Below are positions 26,201 through 36,755 of a stretch of 64,000 nucleotides of DNA, one piece after another. The stretch spans positions 5,674,741 through 5,738,740 of the forward strand of contig OZ037768.1 in assembly GCA_964035545.1 (NCBI GenBank). Direction: 5' to 3'. The notes under the pieces were generated by a model. That model did not search any database. It saw only the letters and a list, made by a program, of their open reading frames with translations, and was not told the origin of the DNA. How positions within the stretch are numbered: the stretch's first letter is position 1; each line of letters starts with the position of its first letter. This stretch comes from Bugula neritina. Its lineage: Eukaryota; Animalia; Bryozoa. Both the position numbers and the translations under genes were made by a program.

Positions 26201-29200
26201 CTGAATAATAAGTTGTAAACTTGTACATCTGAATAATAAGTTGTAAGTACATCTGAATAATAAGTTGTAAGTACATCTGAATAATAAGTTGTAAGTACAT
26301 CTGAATAATAAGTTGTAAGTACATCTGAATAATAAGTTGTAAACTTGTACATCTGAATAATAAGTTGTAAGTACATCTGAATAATAAGTTGTAAGTACAT
26401 CTGAATAATAAGTTGTAAACTTGTACATCTGAATAATAAGTTGTAAGTACATCTGAATAATAAGTTGTAAGTACATCTGAATAATAAGTTGTAAGTACAT
26501 CTGAATAATAAGTTGTAAGTACATCTGAATAATAAGTTGTAAGTACATCTGAATAATAAGTTGTAAGTACATCTGAATAATAAGTTGTAAACTTGTACAT
26601 CTGAATAATAAGTTGTAAGTACATCTGAATAATAAGTTGTAAGTACATCTGAATAATAAGTTGTAAGTACATCTGAATAATAAGTTGTAAGTACATCTGA
26701 ATAATAAGTTGTAAACTTGTACATCTGAATAATAAGTTGTAAGTACATCTGAATAATAAGTTGTAAGTACATCTGAATAATAAGTTGTAAGTACATCTGA
26801 ATAATAAGTTGTAAGTACGTCTGAATAATAAGTTGTAAGTACATCTGAATAATAAGTTGTAAGTACATCTGAATAATAAGTTGTAAGTACATCTGAATAA
26901 TAAGTTGTAAGTACATCTGAATAATAAGTTGTAAGTATGTCTGAATAATAAGTTGTAAGTACGTCTGAATAATAAGTTGTAAGTATGTCTGAATAATAAG
27001 TTGTAAGTACATCTGAATAATAAGTTGTAAGTACATCTGAATAATAAGTTGTAAGTACATCTGAATAATAAGTTGTAAGTACATCTGAATAATAAGTTGT
27101 AAGTACATCTGAATAATAAGTTGTAAGTACATCTGAATAATAAGTTGTAAGTACATCTGAATAATAAGTTGTAAGTACATCTGAATAATAAGTTGTAAGT
27201 ACATCTGAATAATAAGTTGTAAGTACATCTGAATAATAAGTTGTAAACTTGTACATCTGAATAATAAGTTGTAAACTTGTACATCTGAATAATAAGTTGT
27301 AAGTACATCTGAATAATAAGTTGTAAGTACATCTGAATAATAAGTTGTAAGTACATCTGAATAATAAGTTGTAAGTACATCTGAATAATAAGTTGTAAGT
27401 ACATCTGAATAATAAGTTGTAAGTACGTCTGAATAATAAGTTGTAAGTATGTCTGAATAATAAGTTGTAAGTACATCTGAATAATAAGTTGTAAGTACAT
27501 CTGAATAATAAGTTGTAAGTACATCTGAATAATAAGTTGTAAGTATGTAGGACTTACTGTGTCATATTAAATTGCTCAAATTGAACAGTGTCAAATATCT
27601 GAAAACTCACACTAACTCTATTAGATATATGTTCATATAATATTAATGCATTATATTATGTCGCATTCTGTTGCTATAACTTGCCTGTATCGACACAGTG
27701 GGCCAAGGTAGTTGTTGTGACTTTCCTACTGGTTGGAGTTGTGCCCCTACTTATCGGACTTCTCTTTGAGCAAATAGTAGTTGTGCCGTTGAGGGTGCCT
27801 TTACACCAGTCCCCTGTATTCTTTCCCTGGCAGGTAGGCCTAAGTCTTTGTTTCTTGATTTATATAATATCTATTAATAGCTTTATATTGCTAAACTCAG
27901 CATTTAGCACACGGAACATCCATTGCCATATTAGACTCTATATACTATGTTATGTAGCCTGTTGGCATTCTCATTTATATTTGAGTAAATTTCATTTTAT
28001 TTTTAATAAATTTACCATCAATATGTTGTTATCCCCCCATGACGTGATAGCTCGGCGTTGTAAAATGCCCTCACAATACTGCTTTGCTGTAGGACTGGGC
28101 TCTGGGCGTGCTGCACACTAAAATCCTCTGTGGTTTGACTATGATAGGACCTCAATGGTGGCTGAGGAGATACGTGGAGCGGGTGAGTCATACACTTACT
28201 CACCCTACGCAGTGTTTCAGTTTGGCTAAGTCTCCATTGTAGTTTAAATCTTTTGACTGTAACAATACATTAATCAAATCTTCATAACTTCCCAGTTTCA
28301 TGAATAAAAGAAGGAAGGCCACTTGAGCTGTCGGCTAGTGACACCTTCAGACACCTATGGCTGACAGATCATAATTTTTTGTCTCATTTTTGACAAGTAG
28401 TCTGTTTAGTTTTCACGTATAGTTATTATTTTAAGATTTATGTTCTCTCGTACAGTTGTATGAAAATGGAGTATGGAATCTGAATCTGAAGGAGGTGCTA
28501 ACCAATCTCTGTCTGCCTGTAATCCTTGTGCTCAGTCTAAATCTGGCTGTACCTTATGTGATAGCCATGTCTCTTGCCCCACTCTGTGGTAAGCCTCATT
28601 CTTCTGAATACTTATTTATGAAATAGTTAGGAATTTGGGTTCGGTGTGGATACGTCTTTGTTATCCTAAAAACTACACAGCTTTGCTTCTTGTCTTGCAA
28701 AATTTTTTTTTATACAAATCTGTAACCTTGCTAATGGTCTAGTTCGTACGTCTGTTGCTGCCGAATTTACACTCGTAGATGTGTATGTTTTAGGAGCTTC
28801 TCTGGAAACTCAGAATCTGATATATCGAAGAATCTATCCATCCGTATTCGCTTTCTTCTGCTTGCTTACTGGATTCCTTTTTAACTTCAAGCAGTTTAAA
28901 AAACTCTATGAACATATAAAAAATGACAAGTAAGTGGTTTGCCATTTACTCTTGATCAGTTCTACTGAATATTAAATTGTTTATTGAATATTTATCTGCA
29001 CTAGACATGGTAAACTTTAAAAATTTTAATTTAATCAGAGTAAACAGTGAGCTTCAAACTAGGAATTGGAATTTGAAATGTAAAAAACTGGTTGTGTGAT
29101 TACAATCTTAATTTATGTTTCCTTAAGACTTGAAGTTGGAATTTCAATTTGAATTTCTTTCGGCAATGTAGCTTAAGTGTAAATAATTTAAAGATTTTGT

Positions 29201-29634
29201 ATTTAACATAGGGAACAGAAATTAAATATAAAAACTTGTTGAAGAATTTGTAAATTAGTATAGATGTTATCATCTGTGAATCAAAATTGGAATTATTTAT
29301 TATCTAATCTATGAATTAATATTCTTATTAAACTTATTCATGAATTGGTTCATCAGCTAGAAATAAGCTTGTATCTATTGCAAATTTAAACTAAAATAAG
29401 GATTAACTATAAATTTATGAATTAAAATTAGACTGAGCTTGTTTTCATTCCTGAATTAGAATTATGATATAAAATATTGCCACAATTTAGTAGAATTAAG
29501 AACACTGAAAGCTTGTTTCTGCAGTATCAGCAGCTAAATCTGTATATCATTGCTATAGGTACCTTGTTGGGAAACAGCTGGTCAATTATGACCAACCAAA
29601 GACAAATACAGGTACGGCTTCTCAAGATGGCTGA
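17293..29634 (+). CDS. MARCHF6: E3 ubiquitin-protein ligase MARCHF6 (TEB4/Doa10 family), complete multi-exon gene
   Basis: ATG at 17293 (MAEFSGID). Spliced RING-CH domain [45 protein letters not shown]; [29 protein letters not shown]; GWWLDLCSL; [21 protein letters not shown]; C-terminus [15 protein letters not shown]...TGA at 29632-29634. AATAAA at 29651. Confidence 0.97.
19382..20694 (-). mobile_element. Internally deleted pogo/Tigger-like (Tc1/mariner superfamily) DNA transposon in a MARCHF6 intron
   Basis: Perfect 24-bp TIR GGGGAAGCCGGGGTAATTTGAGCC (19382-19405 and 20671-20694), flanked by TA on both sides. Minus-strand remnant PRKYTPK...[16 protein letters not shown]...[14 protein letters not shown] resembles a Psq/CENP-B helix-turn-helix. 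No DDE domain seen. Confidence 0.88.
24370..24975 (+). CDS. Divergent TspO/MBR (translocator protein TSPO-like) membrane protein; intronless, nested in MARCHF6 intron 24086-25339
   Basis: 201-aa ORF with TSPO-like motifs in the right order: [20 protein letters not shown] (cf. LYSAMGYGSYLVW), [21 protein letters not shown] (cf. VPLGLYTGQLALNWAWPPIFF), [12 protein letters not shown] and a CRAC-like VVWYIR. It has its own AATAAA at 25146. Confidence 0.85.
   Translation: MLEFLQDSNIDWNRLKDVAGDILGFQVIPHVLSLTVNFLIEKEQYDWYSDNVRIPFWGVLFKRINTVFAVLHTGMGLASFLVFQKNIGWVSPAVPLVLCGVQVIADFTWRPLFFNQKNWDRAFRHGTACTLLSSALCYLYYKIDWSAGVLMVPYSLWWFYLTSVVWYIRLANEPPEPWRRLSFGGFERVRRPTVPTGSVSD
25779..27548. repeat. 24-bp minisatellite GTAAGTACATCTGAATAATAAGTT, 72 units (64 of 24 bp, 8 of 28 bp) plus a partial unit
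   Basis: Directly visible tandem array; the 28-bp variants (GTAAACTTGTAC...) start at 26043, 26215, 26339, 26415, 26587, 26711, 27243 and 27271. Confidence 0.98.
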
Positions 29635-30462
29635 ATGTCTTTTACAGCCAAATAAAAGAAGTTTTGTTAATTTTGAAGTTGTCAAGTTTACTCAATGTTA
29701 AATATATATTTTCAGAGCAATATAATATGTATTTATTGTAAAGCTACAGAATTACGTCCTCTAAACTAATAAATTCGCTTATATAGAAGATTTAAATGCA
29801 AACGGTTGTGGTTACACTTTCAAGTCCTATTAAAATGTATGCCAGTATCTCATGGACTTAGTTCCACAAACTGTTGGAGTAGAACTACACATTTACTTGA
29901 CACATTCACTGATTGGTTACGTACAATGACTCTTTTTAGATTCATTTGAATCAAAATGTCAGGATGCAATCTTGAAAAGACTTAATCATATTTTAAATCT
30001 GAGTAGATCAGGACAGACATTATTTTTTGACATTTTTGGTGATATTGTGGAAAATCTTAGTGTAGATGGGGAAAGAAGAGTTACCAGGCGCTTTGTAGGA
30101 CAGAATGCACACATTATCTGAATGGAATGTGTCATTAGTGGAAATGGTGTCATTTCAGATAACGCTTCCCTGTTAGACGCTAGTAGCGTAATCAGGACAT
30201 CATTACAAATACCAAAAATAAAGTAACTATAAGCTACAAACATATTATACAAAATAGTTTTTTTCATTAAGAGCAAGTTCATGTTGTTTTAAATGTAGGG
30301 AGTACATAAAGTTGTGCAATTCATGATAATATAGGCAGATTATTACTGGACTTTCAAACCTCTTTCACCATTCAACATGTCTGAGTGCTATCTATCTTCT
30401 AGATGAACCCAACAACTACGTCACTGAGTAAATATTGGTCTACTTGACAGCTAATGTCATAC

Positions 30463-30767
30463 TGTTATAGTTTTCAGATTTAGGGTTGATGTGTCACCAA
30501 GAGAGTCTATTTAACACTAGAGAAACTTCACCAGTTAAGTCGAGTAGATATCGTTATATTTAATGCAAGAATACATAATAAAAATCCAATGTACAACAGT
30601 AATGATACACACGTCTATTTAGTTTACAGCACTATCCTCAACTGAGCTAGTAGCGCGAAGCGGCTACTATTACTTATAAAACAGCCTAGCTAATTGGCTA
30701 ATACATTGTTCCGGGTCAATACGCAACCTTGCGTATTGTGTTGCTGGTAGCTCCACGAGCCACCACA
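30463..30767 (-). repeat. 3' LTR
   Basis: Direct repeat of 37605-37909; no mismatch found on reading. Confidence 0.97.
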
Positions 30768-30778
30768 CTGCCCCCTCC
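30768..30778 (-). other. Polypurine tract
   Basis: GGAGGGGGCAG on the minus strand, abutting the 3' LTR. Confidence 0.85.
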
Positions 30779-31034
30779 AGCAGAAAGCCCACTTTCTGAT
30801 AAAATAAACTCACATAAAAAAAACGTATACTTCGGGGGGGTAAGAGAACAGTATAAAAGTATATACAAAAAAACAACAACTGATAAAAAAAATATACAGG
30901 TATATATAACGTGCACACTAAGTAATAAGCAAGAGAGGGTCCTATCTACATGTAGAGTACGTGCCACCATTACGGTAGGGAATGCCACAGAGAGGTAGGG
31001 GAATGAGTAGTATGGAGTTGTAGGTAGATTCGAG

Positions 31035-32108
31035 TTAACTGCGGGCCGCACGCTTCATGCGTTTAATAGACTCCTGTAAGTATTTGAGTTCACTGGATGC
31101 TGCCTGTACCCGTGGGGCCAGCCTGTACACTTCTTGCTCCAAGTCATGCGCCCTAGCTTCTACCTCACGTAGGTTACGGGCCCAGGGGGACGAGCGAGAG
31201 GAAGTTGGTTGCCTGTGTCGTTTCCGCTCTGAGGATGGAAGAGGAGGAGGGAGTGTATACGCATTTGTGTCTACTCTCTGTAGTACGACACGAGGAAAGG
31301 TATGCGGCATGCGTATAGGACTGTGAGGTGGAGAGTTAGCAGACTGTGTAGGTTTATCTGCGGCTCCAGAGATGATGGGTCGCGGGGAAGGGAAGCCTTG
31401 CTCCAGGCGAGATAGCCGAGCTGAGTCAGTGATGAGTGGTTTGATGGCGTTGAGAAAAGCAGGATAGGATGATTCGTCTACTTCATAGACATGCCCTTGA
31501 TAACACTGCATAGTACGTTGGTGCCGCAACAGGTAGTCACGATTGTAGCTATATTCTCCGCAAGGGCAGAAAGTGGTGATGTAGTGTTGCGGCAAGTGTA
31601 CTTTTAGTCTGCGGTGGGTCGTGAATCGCTGTTGGCAGAGGTTGCATTCACGATTACCCTCACCTCCTTGATGGGTCCTGATCTCTCTCTCTGTGGCAGG
31701 GGTAATCCAGTTGGAGGTTGCTTCCAACTGGGGTGGCAGTTTCCTGGTGGTAGAAGTTGTTGGGGCCGGCTCTGAGTCCCACGCCATCTCTAGAGAAGGC
31801 ATGCCCGGAGAGACGGGCGCGAGTGTGTCTACAAAAGTAGAATTAGTGTTAGATCGCGGTGGATCTTTACAACCTAATTCTAGTGACTGTCGACCGTTGC
31901 TAGTCTGAGAGTCACTGCTTTTGGAATGCACTCGAGGAACTGATGAATCATGTGTGGACTGACCAAGAACAGTGTCTAGCTCCAGGTCTAACAGACCATC
32001 GGCCATTACAGTGTCTTCATCGTCATTCACATGAAACGTGGTTCCCAGTAATTCTGATTCAATCTGCTGAATTAGTTCAGAATCTACTGGCATCGAGCCC
32101 GTTTCCAT
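31035..32108 (-). CDS. Retrotransposon extra ORF (ORF3): 357-aa protein with C2H2 and C2HC zinc fingers and a C-terminal coiled coil
   Basis: Uninterrupted ATG-initiated ORF between pol and the PPT. CNLC-x12-H-x3-H is followed by CPC-x12-H-x5-C and a heptad pattern near the C-terminus. No signal peptide or TM segment visible. Confidence 0.85.
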   Translation of the reverse strand: METGSMPVDSELIQQIESELLGTTFHVNDDEDTVMADGLLDLELDTVLGQSTHDSSVPRVHSKSSDSQTSNGRQSLELGCKDPPRSNTNSTFVDTLAPVSPGMPSLEMAWDSEPAPTTSTTRKLPPQLEATSNWITPATEREIRTHQGGEGNRECNLCQQRFTTHRRLKVHLPQHYITTFCPCGEYSYNRDYLLRHQRTMQCYQGHVYEVDESSYPAFLNAIKPLITDSARLSRLEQGFPSPRPIISGAADKPTQSANSPPHSPIRMPHTFPRVVLQRVDTNAYTLPPPLPSSERKRHRQPTSSRSSPWARNLREVEARAHDLEQEVYRLAPRVQAASSELKYLQESIKRMKRAARS

Positions 32109-32125
32109 GAATAGGAATACAAGAC

Positions 32126-35100
32126 TTATACTGGCTTACCTGGGAACTCGGTATTAATGTCCATACTCAACGTTCTTGGTAAGGTTGGAGCTGGTTGTGA
32201 GATACGTCTGCCTTTGGCGATGTCAGCATAAGAAAAGGCTGAGCATCGTTTCTGAGGCACGAGGTCGGAACTATTTGCTTTACGCGCATTAATTCCTCCC
32301 ACTATTCCGCCCTCGCAAAAGTTGATATTTGCGTGGGGTTCACAACTCCAACATTTTTCCGTACGGTTTTCCCCTAGACTTTCATATGCGCCGCTTCTAA
32401 TGCAGTCACATACGAAGTCTTTCAAATACGGTGGGGGTTTCCTCGTACGCTGTCCCCTCTCTCGGGGGGTGACACACTTGCCGGTTCGTTAGTAGGGGCC
32501 TCTAATGGCGTCTCTACTTCACCGTTAGTGGTCACCTCTTCTTGTTCTCCGGATGGAGCCCCTCCCTCCGTGGGGGTTTGCACTTCCGGAACCGGCTCGG
32601 TTTCTGGAAGTGATGGAATTAGACTTGGCGGTGGCGGACACGCTTCTGTTGACAAAAGCTGCCGCTCCTCTCTCACCAAGTTTTCCTCCCGCGGTATGAC
32701 CACTTCGTATTCAGGTCCATGCCGCCGTCGCCCGCGCGTCGTTGTCTGCCTCCTGGGCTCTAACAACGGGGGGGGCTTCTCCCACTCCGTCAGGGCTAGC
32801 CCAATACGGTTTCAAGCGAGACTCATTTTGGATAGACACCTGTCCTGAGCGCTCAATCTTGTACGTATGATTGGGCATAGCCTCGACGACCACGTAGGGG
32901 CCTACGAACTTAGGCTTCAGCTTATCAGCCTGTCCGCGGCGCCTACGGTAATTGACCATCCACACCTTATCTCCTCTTTGATAGAGGGGTGGTTCATCGG
33001 AATCTTCGTGCCGCACCTTCCACTGCTGTTGGCGCAGTATCTCGTGTGCGGCCTTCATCCGTTCCACTAGTTCACTGGCATACTCATGGACTGAGTTATC
33101 CTGCTCTGGAACGTGATAGGTGAGATGGTCAGGGACACGAGTCTCTCTCCCGAGCATCAAGAGGTTTGGGGTCTCACCAGTACTGGTGTGTGGGGTGCTA
33201 CGGTATGCACGCATGACTTGCGGCAACACCGTATCCCATTCCTCTTGACCTCGTCCAAGGAGGAGACTCCGGAGCGCATCACCTAGCATCCGGTTGTTGC
33301 GCTCCACCACCCCGTTACCTTGAGGGTGGTAGGGGGTGGTCCTGCTCTGATTTACTCCCCAGAGGTGGCAAAGGTCGCTCATCAGTTGAGACTGGAATTG
33401 AGCGCCTTGATCAGAGTGTATCTGTTCGGGAAGGCCAAAATAACAGAATACATGTTGGTCTAGTGCCCTGGCCACTGTTGGGGCTGATGCATCTGGGATA
33501 GCCAGAGCATCCGCCCACCTAGTAAAGTGGTCGGTTAGTACTAAGATCCAATTATTGCCTCTGGGGGTCAGGGGCATGGGTCCGACCAGGTCTACAGCGA
33601 CCACTTGCCAGGGCCTACCAGCATATAGCCTCCGCCGTCCTGCTTCACCAGGGGGGCGGCTATGCTTACTGGCCTGGCAGATCTCACACTGTTTGACTCT
33701 GAGCCGGACGTCACGCTCCATCTGCGGCCAATACCACCGGAGTCGTAATTTAGATATCACTCGCTTGACCCCTGCGTGAGCCTGCTTGTGAGTATCCCAA
33801 ATCAACTCACGGCGGATGGCTGTGGGGCAGACTACCCTCTTCCTTTCCGGGTGTCTGCCGCTGGCAGCTAGCGAGATGGTTAGCAACCCATCCTGCCCGA
33901 TCCGCAGCGAGTCCCAACGCTGACAGTATAGCCGGAACTCGGCGCATCCCTGTCGTATGCGTTCCTCGCTGGGTCGTCGCCCTTCCCTTTTGGCCCGGTA
34001 GATGTCTGCCACGACTCCCGGCAGCTCTTCTTGGAGCTTCTTCAGCTCTCGAACATTACCGGCCAGTACAGGGTTGGCGCGGAGGTTTTGTACATCCTCC
34101 GGGGACTCATCAACTCTTTGCCTGAGTTGACCTTGATCCCAGTCAAATGGTGCTCCGTGATGAGCCAGCGTCTCCAACTCGCATCATGGGGGACCTCCAT
34201 CCCTCCTCTCGATGTTGAGACACTGTTTGCAACCTCCGTCAGGTCGGCGACTCAACCCATCCGCATTGCTGTGTCTCTTGCCCGGTCGGTGTTCGATCCG
34301 GTACGAGAATTCAGCTAGGATTTCGAGCCACCGGGCGACCTGACTGGAGGGCTCTGCTCTCCTGCACAACCAGATCAGCGAGGCATGATCCGTACGCAGC
34401 CGGAACTTCCTGCCATATAGGTATGGTCGGAAGTGCTTCACTGACTTGATTACTGCCAGCAGCTCCTTGCGGGTAGTGCAGTAATTCCGTTCAGCGGGAG
34501 AGAGAGACTTGCTGTAGTAGGCTACTACTACTTCTCGGCCTTCCTGCACTTGCGACAGCACAGCGCCAACATTCTGGTCACTGGCGTCTGTGTCTAGGAT
34601 GTACTCCAGAGTGGGGTCTGGGTAGGCCAAGATGGGCGCCGTTAGGAGGCAGCCCTTGAGGCGGTCGAACGCTTCTTGTTCGACTGGAGTCCACTGCCAC
34701 GTCACTCCCTTTGCGGTAAGCCGGTTTAACGGCTGGGCTATGCCCGCAAAGTCTGGTATGTATTGCCTGTAATACCCTACCAGCCCCAAGAAAGCCCGGA
34801 GTCCGGTCAAGTCTTGGGGGGTGACCCAGTCTTCTACTGCCCGTACCTTTTCGGGATCCGTTGCCACGCCGTTTCGACCGACAACGTGCCCCAGGTACTT
34901 GACCTCCGGCTGCAACAGAGCGCACTTGGAAGGTTTGAGCTTAAGACCGGCACCTCGGAGTCTCTCGAAAACCTCCTGCAGACGACTGACATGTGTCTCG
35001 AAGTCTGGAGAGATTACGATGACATCATCGAGGTAGACCAGCAGTGTCTTCCAATGGAGTCCGCTAAGGACTTGTTCCATCAGCCTCTGGAAGGTGGCTG

Positions 35101-36755
35101 GGGCGGAGGTTAACCCGAAGGGCAGCACCTTCCACTTCCACAAACCGTCCCGTGTGATAAACGCCGCTTTCTCCTGGGCGTCGGGACTCAGAGGAACCTG
35201 CCAATAGCCGCTTAGCAAGTCTAACGTACTGAAGTACTTGCTGCCGGCTAGGGCGTCCAATGACTCGTCAATACGAGGTAGAGGGTAGGCGTCCTGTATG
35301 GTTACGCTATTGAGTTTGCGGTAGTCCACACAGAACCGCCAACTGCCGTCTTTCTTCCGGACCAGTACGACTGGCGAGCTCCACGCACTATGGGCGGGCT
35401 CTATCAGTCCCCGGTCCAGAAGATCCCGTACTTGTCGGCTAACCTCCTTCTCTTTCTCCGGCCCCAGCCTGCGCGTGGGCTGCCGGACAGGGGCTGTCCC
35501 TGCAGTCAGCGGTATTTCGTGTCTGACAATTCCAGTCAGTCCCACGTCATTCTCCCCGCTGCTGAACACATCACCGTAGTCGCGTAGTAACTTGGCCATA
35601 GCTTGGCGTTCTCTGTTACTCGCGCAGCCGCCACTGGCTGTTTCGTATAACTCCCGGAGATGTGTCGGGACTGCCCCTCGTCCCTGAATAGGGTGTCGAG
35701 GGGGTGCCTCCGTCGCGTCACCCAGCGACGGGCCCACGTCCTCTTCCTGGACGGAATGGAACCGGCCCAGCATTGACCCAGCTGGGAGCTCAATGGGCTC
35801 GGTAAAGGGGTTGACGCACTGCACTAAGACCTCCCCTCGCTCAGTTAGTCGGTTTAAACTACTGGCGAGTTGGATCTTTTCATGTGCGCTTTCAACGACC
35901 CCGAGCCTGGCTATCCGGTTGCTGTTCACTCGGCAGTGGATAGTAGCTCTGGAGCGTCCGGGTACGGTGCAGTTCCGAACTACCTGAACACCGCCCACCA
36001 GAGGACGCCCAAACTTATCCACACAGGCGAGTTCTCGCCCGCCCATCAGCACCACCGACTTACTAAAATCTATTCGGCACTGGTGTTGCTTCAAGAAGGG
36101 CATGCCGAGGATAGCATCTTCCTCCAGTTGACCTATGATAAAGGTCTCCTGTACAGCCTGATCTCGGACACGCCCAGGGAGCTCGATAATACCATAAAAG
36201 GGGATACATGACCCGTCTGCCAGGGTGCCATGTTCTCCAGTATACGGTCGTACTCTATCCCTGTCCCGGCGGGGCAGTGCCTCAAAGACCCTACGGCTGA
36301 GAAGGTTGGTAGTACAACCGGAGTCGAGCAGGAAAGTGACGGCGTTGCCGGCCACCTTTCCAGGTAGGAAGTAGCTCTCTCCATGTGGTTGTACTTTCAC
36401 CCCCCCCCCCCGCATGTGCTGTCCTGGTTGGACAGGACGGCGGGGGTTCCACCCGTGGTTTACGGGGCTTCCGGCGGCGAGGTTGGTGCCGGCGGGGTTT
36501 GGGCCTCTCCACTGGGCCTTCTGGCTCCATTTCAGTGGCGGGCTCCTCCTCCCGAGGTAACCGGTGAAACCGGTTAGCGAGTGGCAGGGAAAAGGTACTG
36601 GGCCGTTGTGCGGGCCTACTAGTCCTGCGTGGTACCTGCCACTCGGGTAGAATGTTCCGCCGGGTCCGTACGGACAGACGACGGCGTGTTCCACCATACT
36701 CCTTTAGTTGCGGCCCGCGGGGAGGGAGAGCGTCCGCGGGCCGTGACAGTTTAAC
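32126..36755 (-). pseudogene. Gypsy pol (protease, RT, RNase H, integrase), interrupted in this sequence
   Basis: FLLDSGC protease; WRFCVDYRKLN and YLDD RT; DTDAS and TDHASL RNase H; H-x4-H...C-x2-C, VDLVGP, SDQGAQF and GVVERNNR integrase; KPKFVGPY; terminal QRTRKPPPYLKDFV. There is an in-frame TGA at 34184-34186 and there are frame changes at homopolymers 36400-36411, 32768-32775 and 32464-32469. Confidence 0.9.

Noticed and set aside
25653-27524. Three long minus-strand ORFs (484-623 aa) and a CRISPR-like appearance
   Set aside because: They are translations of a 24-bp tandem repeat that lacks stops on that strand. There are no unique spacers or cas genes, and the context is a eukaryotic intron.
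29930-30290. Coding-looking stretch between MARCHF6 and the LTR
   Set aside because: The plus frame has an internal stop, the minus ORF has no recognisable motif, and there are no partner exons.
31035-32108. ORF3 as a retroviral-like env
   Set aside because: No signal peptide, fusion peptide or transmembrane anchor; zinc fingers are present instead.
36697-36706. Gag-pol expression by TAA readthrough, as implied by the ORF track
   Set aside because: TAA-A is a poor readthrough context, and a slippery site plus stem with an open -1 frame explains the junction better. Not fully excluded.
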